Source: Fidelibacterota bacterium
GTDB lineage: Bacteria > Pseudomonadota > Alphaproteobacteria > Rhodospirillales > Rhodospirillaceae
Assembly: GCA_947481595.1 (NCBI GenBank)
Contig: CANKHC010000001.1
Span: 1 to 48,005, forward strand
Reading direction: 5' to 3'
Length of the DNA: 48,005 nt
Part shown: piece after piece, positions 26,307-35,440 of the stretch
Layout: each line of letters starts with the position of its first letter
Position numbering within the stretch: position 1 is the stretch's first letter
Program-made: the position numbers and the translations under genes
Notes under the pieces: model-generated
Databases searched by the model: none
What the model was told of the DNA's origin: nothing
Seen by the model: only the letters and a program-made list of their open reading frames with translations

Positions 26307-26804
26307 ATGAAACTCATCACTGCGACACTCGCCGCGGCTTTCGCGCTCTCGGCCACCACGGCCATGGCCGCGATTGATCCGCCGAACCCGAAGGACTGGA
26401 TTCAGGGCAAGTGGCGGCTCAGTCTGACCAAATCGAAATTTTGCGGCGCGGCGTCGAAAGCCGAAGATCGCCACATCTTCGACGCCGGCTGGGGATTGAT
26501 CGTCACCGAATGGGGCGGCGAAACGGCTGACGGCAAGCCCATCGTCAACCGGTATGTCGCGCGCTACGACGGCGGCAAGTATCCCGCTAACGTTACGCGG
26601 CCAGACACGCCGACCTCCGAGTCGATCTCGTGGAAGCTGGTCGACAACCGCCATCTTGAATTTGTCCACTACGACAAGAAAGACAAGATCACCTCGACCT
26701 ACACCCGCGAAGTCACCGCCGACGGCCAGCAGATGACCCAGGTGAACACCTTCGTTGGGCAGGAGTGCAAAGACATCAAGGTCTTCGACCGCCTGGCCAA
26801 CTAG
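26307..26804 (+). CDS. Small secreted protein of unknown function, paralog B
   Basis: CAGGAG RBS and signal peptide MKLITATLAAAFALSATTAMAA. By eye, roughly half its residues are identical to paralog A, including both Cys residues. Confidence 0.7.
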   Translation: MKLITATLAAAFALSATTAMAAIDPPNPKDWIQGKWRLSLTKSKFCGAASKAEDRHIFDAGWGLIVTEWGGETADGKPIVNRYVARYDGGKYPANVTRPDTPTSESISWKLVDNRHLEFVHYDKKDKITSTYTREVTADGQQMTQVNTFVGQECKDIKVFDRLAN

Positions 26805-26826
26805 CCGTAGTTCGGCTGCGCACAGC

Positions 26827-26870
26827 TTCGGCGCCGTGGGGCAAAGTCCTCACGGCGCCGAATGCGTTTT
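26827..26870 (+). terminator. Rho-independent terminator after paralog B
   Basis: TTCGGCGCCGTG-(12 nt)-CACGGCGCCGAA is a 12-bp perfect stem, followed by TGCGTTTT. Confidence 0.6.
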
Positions 26871-27530
26871 CAGGGATATGCCGTTTCGGTATCCCCAAGG
26901 TATTCCGGGAGCCATGCGGAATTGCTCTGTGACCTCTTCAGGGTCTAGCTTTTTTGTATGGCTTTGAGGCCGGTTTTGTTACGCCTTCTGCCTCGCCATG
27001 CCGGGCCAGAGTTTCCCACAACTAACTGATAAATATAACGAATATACCCCTCAGGCGACGCCCATTTTGCCCTCGAAACCGTCGCCGCGCCGCGCCTGGC
27101 CTCTATCGGCCACCGAACAGTTTTTTTAGAAGGGCCGCGGCCGCACTGCACAACCGGCCCAGGTCCGGACACCGGCGGCATTTATCTATAATATCAATAT
27201 CTTAACAAGACAAACCCGGAGCAGCGCGCGATGATATGCCCGTCGTGCTTGGCATCCAAAAAATAATTGTATTTCTATAGCTGCGCTGCCGGAGCTACTT
27301 AAATATGACACGACCGTGTTGCGGCCAGATCTTGCGGAGGTGGCCTTATCGCGGCTGGGATTGCGCCTAAGGGAGTTGGGAGCCGCGCTCGCGTCACCGG
27401 CTCATGAATGTCCGGTTCGCCGGACGCCTTTCAGTCCTTTTGCGGCGCCGCCAGCCCCCACATCACAAGACCACGGCTGCGGATGGTCAACGGCGCGGCA
27501 TACTATGCCGCACACTAAGGGAGAGAAGAG

Positions 27531-28661
27531 ATGTCACTTCGCAAAATTCTCATCGGCGGCTTGTCCTTCGCAGGCCTGGCCTTGGCTTCCACCAGCGCCT
27601 CCGCCGAAACCCGCGGCTACGCCATCGCGCAGTTCATGACCGCGACCTACGCCAACCCCGGCAATTGTCCGCAGGGCGGCAACGGCACGCCGACCGACCT
27701 CAAGGTGCGCATCCTGATGAAAGATCACGGGATGACCAAAGACCAGGCGCTCAAGGCCATCGAAGACGGCGACAAGATGCCCGACGGCAAGCGCATCGAC
27801 TTCCTGCGCCGTGGCACCATCAACGGCAAGCCCGCCGACATCTCCAACTTCCCGTACTCGGCGCCGGACTCCAAGATCGAGACCAACGTCGGCAAGCTCG
27901 GCCCGGGCTTCAATCTCGACGGCAAAGTCGACGCCGACGACTTCGAAGATCCCGACACGCATGAGAAGGGCATCGACAACCAGCTCATCCGCGCGCTGGG
28001 CTGCTTCGCGGTCTATGACATCCGCCGCCCCGTGCGCCCCTATCTCGAAGACATCACCTGGGACACCAACATGGACGCCATGGGCGCATGGCTGATGTCG
28101 GTCACCGGCGACGACCTGTCGAAGGACGGTCCGGTGAAGATCACCTTCGACCGCGCACTCAATCACCTGCTGCGCGACGCCCACGGCGGTGCCGCGTCTG
28201 ATGTGACCTTCATGGTCGATCCAAACCCGCGCTCGCACAGCGAGTTCCAGGGCCGCATCAAGGATGGCTATCTCGAAATCACACAGCACGGCGATTTCAC
28301 CATGCTCTCGGAAGCGCCGTTCCACCCGATCATTCAGTTTTCCAACACGCACCTGAAACTGAAGATGGGCGCGGACCGCAAGCTGACCGGCTACCTCGGC
28401 GGCTATGAGCCGTGGATGAACTACTACACCTTCTTGGCCATCCGCGGCGAAGGCACCGGCCAGGTCGATCTGCCCGGCTCCTATTACGCCATCAAGCGCA
28501 TGGCCGATGGTGTGCCGGATCCGAAAACCGGCGAGATGACCGCGATCTCGAATGCCTATTGGCTCGAGGCGGTGCCGGCTTTCCATGCGCTGTCCGACGG
28601 TCAGATCGCCGGCGCTAAGGGCAGCAAGGACCGCGATACGGAAGTCGCGAAAGCGCGCTAA
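27531..28661 (+). CDS. Secreted protein of unknown function (first gene of the exported cluster)
   Basis: AAGGGAGAG RBS plus ATG, and a Sec signal (MSLRKILIGGLSFAGLALASTSASAE). Normal coding composition. I recognise no family motif. Confidence 0.7.
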   Translation: MSLRKILIGGLSFAGLALASTSASAETRGYAIAQFMTATYANPGNCPQGGNGTPTDLKVRILMKDHGMTKDQALKAIEDGDKMPDGKRIDFLRRGTINGKPADISNFPYSAPDSKIETNVGKLGPGFNLDGKVDADDFEDPDTHEKGIDNQLIRALGCFAVYDIRRPVRPYLEDITWDTNMDAMGAWLMSVTGDDLSKDGPVKITFDRALNHLLRDAHGGAASDVTFMVDPNPRSHSEFQGRIKDGYLEITQHGDFTMLSEAPFHPIIQFSNTHLKLKMGADRKLTGYLGGYEPWMNYYTFLAIRGEGTGQVDLPGSYYAIKRMADGVPDPKTGEMTAISNAYWLEAVPAFHALSDGQIAGAKGSKDRDTEVAKAR

Positions 28662-28701
28662 TCGCGCGGCTCGCGATCGAATTGAATTGGAGCTTTGTAA
28701 A

Positions 28702-30366
28702 ATGCGTCGTTTCCTAAAACTTTCTACGGTACTCGCCGGTGTCGCTTGCGGCGCAATGCTGCTCTCTGCCGCGCCGATGTCGCAGGCTGTGGCCGCCGAA
28801 GAACTCACCTTCGTGCGCATCACGCCCGAGCAGTACCAGCGCACGATCCACGACATCTTCGGCAACAGCATCAAGCTCGATGCCAACGCCGTCGAAACCG
28901 GCTTCCGCGACCAGGGCCTCCTGGCTGTCGGCGCGCGCAAGCTCGCCATGACCTCGGCCGGCCTCGAGCAGTTCGAGCAGTTGGCCCAGCAGGTCGCCTT
29001 CCAGGTCGTCGATCCCAGCCGCAACGCCACCCTCGTGCATTGCCAGCCCAAGGCCAAGGACGCGGCGGATGATGCCTGTTCCGGCCAGTTCCTCGACCGC
29101 GTCGGCTTGCTTGTGCTGCGCCGTCCGCTGAAGGACCAAGAGCGCAAGGAATATCTCGCGACGGCCAACGCCGCCGCCACCAAACTCAAGAACTTCAACG
29201 CCGGCGTTGCCGCGGCCCTCGTGCAGATGCTGGTCAATCCGGAATTCCTCTTCCGCATCGAACGCTCCGAGCCCGATCCCAAAGCCGCCGGCAAGCAGCG
29301 CCTCGACAGCTATTCGATCGCATCCCGTTTGTCGTTCTTCATCTGGGATTCGACGCCGGACTCAGAACTGCTCGAAGCTGCGCGCACCGACAAGCTGCAG
29401 ACCGCCAAGGGTCTCTCGCAGCAGGTCGACCGCATGCTGAATTCGCCGCGCGCGGAAAATGGCCTGCGCGCCTTCTTCTCCGACATGCTGGGCTTCGACG
29501 GCTTCGCGACGCTGGTGAAGGACACGAACCTCTTCCCGAAGTTCACCAAGAATGCCGAAGACGAAGCGCGTGAGCAGACCCTGCGCACGCTCGTCGACCA
29601 GCTCCTGGAGCGCAACGGCGATTACCGCGATCTGTTCACTACCCGCGAAACTTTCTTGACGCCGTCGCTGGCCGCCCTTTACGGCGTGCCGCTGCCGCGC
29701 TCGCAGGAAATGGGCGGTGCGACGCCGTGGGTGGCTTACAAGTTCCCCGAAAACGACAACCACGTCGGCATCCTGACGCACGCGAGCTTCCTCGCCCTGC
29801 ATTCGCATCCCGGCAAGACCTCGCCGACGGTGCGCGGCAAGGCGTTGCGCGAAAACATCCTCTGCCAGAAGGTCCCGGCGCCTCCGGGCAACGTCGACTT
29901 CACGCTGATTCAGGACATCCACAACCCGAACCTGAAGACCGTGCGTCAGCGGCTCTTGGCCCACTCCACCAGCCCGGCCTGCGCCGGCTGCCACAAGATC
30001 ACCGACCCGATCGGTCTGTCGTTTGAGCACTTTGACTCGGTCGCCGAATACCGTCCCAACGAGAATGGCGCGGACATCGACGTCACCGGCTCGCTCAACG
30101 GCAAGGATTTCGACGGCGTGACCCAGCTCGCCGGCCTGCTGCGCAACGAACCGGCGGTCACATCCTGCCTGGTCAACCGCGTGTTCTCCTACGGCACCGC
30201 GCGCGTGCCCACCACCGACGAGCGCAAGTGGCTCACCAGCATGCAGACCGATCTCACCAAAAAGGGCGTGAAGTGGCGCGAAGTCGTGCGCGGCATCGCC
30301 ACCAACCCCGATTTCTACACCGTGACGACTGCGGCCCCTGAACAGAAATCCGCCCAGGCCAACTAG
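28702..30366 (+). CDS. DUF1592/DUF1588/DUF1585-type exported protein with a CxxCH motif
   Basis: Sec signal (MRRFLKLSTVLAGVACGAMLLSAAPMSQAVA). FVRITPEQYQRTIHDIFG, SRLSFFIWDSTPDSELL and CAGCHKITDPIGLSFEHFD match the PSD/PSCyt-type domain set usually paired with DUF1552. The start was set to the ATG at 28702, because the 50-codon extension in the track overlaps the previous gene. Confidence 0.75.
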   Translation: MRRFLKLSTVLAGVACGAMLLSAAPMSQAVAAEELTFVRITPEQYQRTIHDIFGNSIKLDANAVETGFRDQGLLAVGARKLAMTSAGLEQFEQLAQQVAFQVVDPSRNATLVHCQPKAKDAADDACSGQFLDRVGLLVLRRPLKDQERKEYLATANAAATKLKNFNAGVAAALVQMLVNPEFLFRIERSEPDPKAAGKQRLDSYSIASRLSFFIWDSTPDSELLEAARTDKLQTAKGLSQQVDRMLNSPRAENGLRAFFSDMLGFDGFATLVKDTNLFPKFTKNAEDEAREQTLRTLVDQLLERNGDYRDLFTTRETFLTPSLAALYGVPLPRSQEMGGATPWVAYKFPENDNHVGILTHASFLALHSHPGKTSPTVRGKALRENILCQKVPAPPGNVDFTLIQDIHNPNLKTVRQRLLAHSTSPACAGCHKITDPIGLSFEHFDSVAEYRPNENGADIDVTGSLNGKDFDGVTQLAGLLRNEPAVTSCLVNRVFSYGTARVPTTDERKWLTSMQTDLTKKGVKWREVVRGIATNPDFYTVTTAAPEQKSAQAN

Positions 30367-30404
30367 GGCTTGCGCAAGACAACGCTATTAACGGAGGTAC
30401 TGAC

Positions 30405-31754
30405 ATGAGTGCGATGGAAAGACTGAGCCGGCGTAATGTTCTGCGCGGCATGCTGGGCGGTGCAGCGATCACCGTCGGCCTCCCCATTCTCGAATGCCAT
30501 CTCACCGGCAACGGCGACGCGCTCGCCGCCACCGGCCAGGGCCTGCCGCCGTGCTTCGGCACCTGGTTCTGGGGCTTGGGCCTCTCGCAGGGTCACTGGG
30601 AGCCGAAGGAGACCGGCGACAAGTACGTCATGCGCGATCACCTGAAGTGCCTCGCCCCGATCAAGGAGAAGATCAACATCTACTCCGGCATGCAGATCTT
30701 CCTCGACGGCAAGATCAACCAGAACCACTACTCGGGCGCCCAGGGCCAGGCCACCGGCATGGTCTCCAAGACCGGCTCCGAGTACTCGACCAGCATCGAC
30801 ACCATGGTCGGCGACTTCATCGGCCGCGGCACGCGCTTCAAGTCGCTCGAAGCCGGCCTCGACGGCGACCGCAAGTCGACCTGGTCGGCGCGCGGTCAGA
30901 ACGGCCTCAACCCGGCGGAAATCTCGCCGGTGGCTCTCTACACCCGCATCTTTGGCTCGTCCTTCGTCGACCCGAACGCCGCCAACTTCACCCCGGACCC
31001 GAACACCATGGTCCGCCACAGCGTGCTGTCGTCGGTTTCGGACTATCGTGACTCGCTGATGAAGGAAGTCTCGGCCGCCGACCGCCAGCGCCTGGATGAA
31101 TACTTCACCTCGGTGCGCGACCTCGAAACCAAACTCGCCGTCGAACTCGAAAAGCCCATGGCGCTGCCGGGCTGCAAAGTGCCGGATTCCTTCAGCGAAG
31201 AAGACGTCGGCTCCTTGCTCGATCAGGCCAAGCAGAACCACCGCCTGTTCGCCAAGCTCATGACCAACGCCATGTCGTGCGGTCAGACCCGCATCTTCAA
31301 CCTGTCCATGGGCCAGGGCCTGGGCTCGCTGCGCAAAGCCGGCGAGATCCTCACCTACCACTCACTGACGCACGAAGAAGCGGTCGATCCGGTTGCGGGC
31401 GTTCAGCTCAAGTGCCATGCGATCGCCGAAAGCCTGATGGACAGCTTCCGCGAACTCGTCCAGCAGCTCGACTCGATCAAGGAAGGCGACAAGACCCTGC
31501 TCGATCGCACTCTCGTGTTCGCCTTCACCGATCACGGCCAGGCGCGCACGCACTCGATGCAGAAGTACCCGATCTTCACCGCTGGTTCGGGCGGTGGACG
31601 CATGAAGACCGGCATGCACATCAATGCCGAAGGCGACGCCGCGACCCGCGTCGGCTTCACCCTGATGCGCGCGCTGGGCATGCCGCTTGGCAGCTGGGGT
31701 ACGGAATCCAACAAGGCGACCAAGCCGTTCAACGAACTGCTGATCGAAGCCTAA
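30405..31754 (+). CDS. DUF1552-family protein with twin-arginine-like signal (copy A)
   Basis: ACGGAGG RBS. SRRNVLRGMLGGAAITVGLPILE is Tat-like. YHSLTHEEA fits the H..SH-type motif of DUF1552. It immediately follows a DUF1592-type gene, the usual pairing. Confidence 0.8.
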   Translation: MSAMERLSRRNVLRGMLGGAAITVGLPILECHLTGNGDALAATGQGLPPCFGTWFWGLGLSQGHWEPKETGDKYVMRDHLKCLAPIKEKINIYSGMQIFLDGKINQNHYSGAQGQATGMVSKTGSEYSTSIDTMVGDFIGRGTRFKSLEAGLDGDRKSTWSARGQNGLNPAEISPVALYTRIFGSSFVDPNAANFTPDPNTMVRHSVLSSVSDYRDSLMKEVSAADRQRLDEYFTSVRDLETKLAVELEKPMALPGCKVPDSFSEEDVGSLLDQAKQNHRLFAKLMTNAMSCGQTRIFNLSMGQGLGSLRKAGEILTYHSLTHEEAVDPVAGVQLKCHAIAESLMDSFRELVQQLDSIKEGDKTLLDRTLVFAFTDHGQARTHSMQKYPIFTAGSGGGRMKTGMHINAEGDAATRVGFTLMRALGMPLGSWGTESNKATKPFNELLIEA

Positions 31755-31778
31755 GTCTCTAGACGGAGGAAAAGCTCA

Positions 31779-33098
31779 ATGAAGAACACCAAGAAGACTC
31801 TGATCGCCGCGGCCGCGTTGACCGCCTTTGGCTTTTCCTCCGCTTACGCCGCGCAAGCGGTGATCCCCTCCGCGCCCGCCGGTGTCACGCTGGTCGAAGT
31901 GGTGCGCGAACTTCCCCTGTCGCAGCCCGAGTTCCTCTGGATGCGCCCGGGCGATGCCAACGGCCGCACGCTCTTCGTCTCCGCCGCCGATACCGCCGGC
32001 GTGTCGAAGTGCAACGCCGAATGCGCCAAGGAATGGATCCCGCTCGCGGTCCTTCCCGGCGCCAAGGGCTTCGGCGATTGGTCCGTCATCAAGCGTGCTG
32101 ATGGTGCTTCGCAGTGGGCCTACAAGACCCTTCCGCTTTACACCTGGGTCAAAGAAGAAGTCCCCGGCGACGTCGCCACCACGGTTGGCGTGACGGAAGT
32201 CGCCAACTCCAAGCTTGCCGAAAACGCCGTCAGGTTGGGCACGCTGACCCCGCCGGACGGATGGACGGTGGCGCGTTTTGAGCCGACCATGGCTGCCGCC
32301 ACACCCGATGGCGTGGACATGCGCATGATCCCTGGCGCACAAGGCATGGGCCTGACCGATTACGCCGGCATGACGATCTATGCCTATGATGGCGACGCTA
32401 AGAAGGACGGCCAGGTCTGCTCGTCTTCGGGCTGCAACATCACCTGGATCCCGGTCACCGCGCCGGCGCTGGCCGCCAACGTCGGCGAGTTCACGCTGGT
32501 TGCCCGCACCGACGGCACCAAGCAGTGGGCTTTCCAGAAGAAGCCCTTGTACCGCTACAAGGGCGACAAGCTGCCGGGCGATGCCAACGGCATCGGCGCC
32601 GACAAGAAGTTCACCGCCGCGGTGATGATGAGCAACTTCCGCCCCGAGGGTGTCGCGGTGGCCTTCCATGAAGGCTACGGCCAGGCGCTGACCATCAACG
32701 GCCAGGCGCTCTATACCGGCAACGCCTACGAAGCGCGCTGGGGCGGCCGTAACCTGCGCGACAACTACCGCAATGCCTACTACCGCGGCAAAAAACTCGG
32801 CGGCAACACCTGCCTGAGCGCCGAGTGCCTTGCCCGCTGGAAGCCTTTCGTCGCGCCCGCGAACGCCGTCGCCAACGGCTTCTGGGAAGTGATCAGCCGC
32901 GAAGACGGCACGAAGCAGTGGGCTTACAAGGGCTACGCGCTCTACACCTTTACCGGCGATAAGCCCGGTCAGATCAACGGCAGTGACACTTACGACATCG
33001 CCAACGACGGCGATGACGCCGACACCATCAAGCGCGCCTCGCTCTTGGTGGAAGTCAACGGCCGCGCCGGCGTGTACTGGCACATCGCGAAGCCCTAA
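31779..33098 (+). CDS. Secreted three-module repeat protein, COG4315 / PF03640-like (Yx[FWY]xxD and Cys-pair motifs), copy 1
   Basis: Sec signal. Three modules each carry C-x3/4-C-x3-W-x-P (CNAECAKEWIP, CSSSGCNITWIP, CLSAECLARWKP). Each is followed by DG..QWA(Y/F).....LY.(W/Y/F)..(E/D) (LYTWVKEEVPGD, LYRYKGDKLPGD, LYTFTGDKPG). Confidence 0.7.
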   Translation: MKNTKKTLIAAAALTAFGFSSAYAAQAVIPSAPAGVTLVEVVRELPLSQPEFLWMRPGDANGRTLFVSAADTAGVSKCNAECAKEWIPLAVLPGAKGFGDWSVIKRADGASQWAYKTLPLYTWVKEEVPGDVATTVGVTEVANSKLAENAVRLGTLTPPDGWTVARFEPTMAAATPDGVDMRMIPGAQGMGLTDYAGMTIYAYDGDAKKDGQVCSSSGCNITWIPVTAPALAANVGEFTLVARTDGTKQWAFQKKPLYRYKGDKLPGDANGIGADKKFTAAVMMSNFRPEGVAVAFHEGYGQALTINGQALYTGNAYEARWGGRNLRDNYRNAYYRGKKLGGNTCLSAECLARWKPFVAPANAVANGFWEVISREDGTKQWAYKGYALYTFTGDKPGQINGSDTYDIANDGDDADTIKRASLLVEVNGRAGVYWHIAKP

Positions 33099-33148
33099 CG
33101 GGTTTCGCGGGCGCCAACACCGGCGGCCCACGGGAGGGGATCCGTCGC

Positions 33149-34105
33149 ATGAAGGACCTGCACCAGCTTAAGATTTTTCTGAAGGTCGCCGAAGTCGGCT
33201 CCGTCAGTAAAGCTTCGGCGCAACTACGCATCGCGCAACCGGCCTTGAGCCGCCAAATCCGTCTACTTGAGGAAGAAGCCGGCGCGACCTTGTTCATGCG
33301 CCAGTGGCGCGGCATGAAGCTCACCGCCGCCGGCGTCGAGCTGCGCCGCACCATCTCCGGCGCTGTGCGCGACCTCGACCAGGCGCTCGCCAACATCCGC
33401 TCGCTCTCCAAGACTCCCTCCGGCCATGTGCGCATCGGCCTGGTCTCGACCGTCAGCGGCGCCATGACCGGGCGCATCGCCAAGCGCGTGGCCGCCGAGT
33501 TCCCCGGCATCACGCTGGCCATCACCGACGGTTTCTCGCTGCATCTGGTGGAATGGCTGCACCGCGGCGATCTCGACCTCGCCATCATCTGCGGCACGGT
33601 CATGGACCTGCACATGCAGGCCGATGAACTCATCGTCGACGAACTGGTCGTCATCGGCGGGCCGCATAGCTCGCTGGACCCCAACCGTCCGGTGTCGGTC
33701 AAAGAACTCATCACCATGCCGCTGGTGCTGCCCAGCAATCCGAATGGCATGCGCCGCATCGTCGAAAACGCCGCCGCCAAGATGCGCGCCAAGCTCGACA
33801 TCCGCTTCGAAGGTGATTCGCTCAGCGTGCTGAATGAGCTCACCGCCGCAGGCGTCGGCCACGCCGTCGTGCCGCTGTCGTCCTTCCTCTACGAGCAGAA
33901 GGAACGCGGCATGAAGCTCAAATACGCCCCGATCATCCGCCCCAAGCTCACCAAGCAGCTGATCCTCGCGCGGCCCTCCGAAGGCGAGCTCTCGCCCTCG
34001 GCCACGCGCGTGCACCGCCTCATCCGCGAGGAATTCGCTGCCGCCGTGCGTACCGGCGGGCTCGAGGGTGCCCACCTGCTGTTCGATCTCAGGAAATCGG
34101 CCTAG
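33149..34105 (+). CDS. LysR-family transcriptional regulator, co-directional inside the cluster
   Basis: MKDLHQLKIFLKVAEVGSVSKASAQLRIAQPALSRQIRLLEEEAGATLFMR is a canonical LysR winged HTH. A substrate-binding domain follows. GGGAGGGGA RBS. Confidence 0.9.
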   Translation: MKDLHQLKIFLKVAEVGSVSKASAQLRIAQPALSRQIRLLEEEAGATLFMRQWRGMKLTAAGVELRRTISGAVRDLDQALANIRSLSKTPSGHVRIGLVSTVSGAMTGRIAKRVAAEFPGITLAITDGFSLHLVEWLHRGDLDLAIICGTVMDLHMQADELIVDELVVIGGPHSSLDPNRPVSVKELITMPLVLPSNPNGMRRIVENAAAKMRAKLDIRFEGDSLSVLNELTAAGVGHAVVPLSSFLYEQKERGMKLKYAPIIRPKLTKQLILARPSEGELSPSATRVHRLIREEFAAAVRTGGLEGAHLLFDLRKSA

Positions 34106-34121
34106 TCATAAAGAGGTTGCC

Positions 34122-35414
34122 ATGCGTCTCATTGCCGCCGCCGTCGTACTCCTCAGCGCTTCATCCGCTCTGGCCGCGCCGCAGACGGTGCCGCAGGGCG
34201 TGACGCTGGTCGAAGTGGTGCGCGAGCTCTCTTCCTCGCAGCCTGAATTCCTTTGGATGCGCCCCGGCGACCCCGACGGCCGCACGCTCTTCACATACGC
34301 GAAAGACGCTCCCGGCGTTTCCAACTGCACCGGCGCTTGCGCTCAGGAATGGATCCCCTTCGCCGTCAACGGCAAGGCTTTCGGCGACTGGACGGCGATC
34401 AAACGTGCCGACGGCGCCCAGCAATGGGCCTACCGTGGCCAACCGCTTTACACCTGGGTGAAAGAAGAAGTCCCCGGCGACGTCGCCACGACTGTTGGCG
34501 TGAAAGAGGTCTTCAACTCCAAGCTCGCCGAAAACGCCCGCAAGCTGAACGAACTCGAACCTCCAGCCGACTGGAAAATTGCGCGCTTCAACGCCGCCGG
34601 CACCCGCAGCGTCCCGGACGGTGTCGACATCCGCAGTGTCGCCGGCGCCCAAGGCATCATCCTCACTGACTTCGCCGGCCTCACGCTTTACGCCTACGAC
34701 GGCGACGCCAAGAAGGACGGCCAACGCTGCTCGTCTTCGGGCTGCAACGTCACCTGGATCCCGGTCACTGCCCCCGCACTCGCCGCCAACGTCGGCGATT
34801 TCACGCTGGTGTCCCGCAACGACGGCACCCAGCAGTGGGCCTGGCAGAAGAAGCCGCTCTACCGCTTCAAGGACGACAAACTGCCCGGCGACGTGCACGG
34901 CGTGGGCATCGACAAGAAATGGGCCGTCGCCCAGCTCTCCGACGATTTCCGCCCCGCCGGCGTCGACATCGCCTTCCACGAAGGCTACGGCGACGCGCTG
35001 ACCGTGAACGGCATGACCCTCTACACCGGCATCGCATATGAAAAACGTTGGGGCGGGCGGAACCTGCGCGACAACTACCGCAACGCCTATTACCGCGGCA
35101 AAAAACTCGCCGGCAACACGTGTCTCACCAGCGATTGCCTCACCCGCTGGAAGCCCTTCGCCGCCCCCGCCGCCGCCGTCGCCAGCGGTTTCTGGGAGCC
35201 CATCGCCCGCGAAGACGGCACCAAGCAGTGGTCCTACAAAGGCTATGCACTTTACACCTACACCGGCGACAAGGTCGCAGGCGAGATGAACGGCAACGAC
35301 GCCTACGACATCGCCGACTACAACGACGTGTCCGACGAAGCCTACAAACGCAATTCGCTGCTGGTCGAAGTCAACGGCGTCAACAGCGTCTACTGGCACA
35401 TCGCCAAGCCATAA
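34122..35414 (+). CDS. Secreted three-module COG4315 / PF03640-like repeat protein, copy 2
   Basis: Sec signal MRLIAAAVVLLSASSALAA. Same architecture as copy 1 (CTGACAQEWIP, CSSSGCNVTWIP, CLTSDCLTRWKP) and the same C-terminus VYWHIAKP. Confidence 0.7.
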   Translation: MRLIAAAVVLLSASSALAAPQTVPQGVTLVEVVRELSSSQPEFLWMRPGDPDGRTLFTYAKDAPGVSNCTGACAQEWIPFAVNGKAFGDWTAIKRADGAQQWAYRGQPLYTWVKEEVPGDVATTVGVKEVFNSKLAENARKLNELEPPADWKIARFNAAGTRSVPDGVDIRSVAGAQGIILTDFAGLTLYAYDGDAKKDGQRCSSSGCNVTWIPVTAPALAANVGDFTLVSRNDGTQQWAWQKKPLYRFKDDKLPGDVHGVGIDKKWAVAQLSDDFRPAGVDIAFHEGYGDALTVNGMTLYTGIAYEKRWGGRNLRDNYRNAYYRGKKLAGNTCLTSDCLTRWKPFAAPAAAVASGFWEPIAREDGTKQWSYKGYALYTYTGDKVAGEMNGNDAYDIADYNDVSDEAYKRNSLLVEVNGVNSVYWHIAKP

Positions 35415-35440
35415 CGCCGGCGGCCTGGAGGAGGAGGGAG

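Noticed and set aside
27316-27639. 107-aa ORF bridging the long leader and the first cluster gene. A 78-aa minus-strand ORF at 26945-27181 was also checked.
   Set aside because: Neither has an RBS, both are Pro/Ala/Arg-rich and non-protein-like, and the first overlaps the well-supported secreted-protein gene in another frame.
28552-28701. N-terminal extensions in the ORF track, for example 28552 for the DUF1592-type gene, 35048 for DUF1552-B, 36663 for repeat protein 3, 34068 for repeat protein 2, 14290-15363 for the chaperone, 12046 for the distal pilin, 43085 for phoD and 39161 for the oxygenase.
   Set aside because: Each extension is Arg/Pro-rich, overlaps the preceding gene and lacks an RBS. 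In every case an internal ATG with a good Shine-Dalgarno sequence is followed immediately by a signal peptide or the conserved N-terminus.
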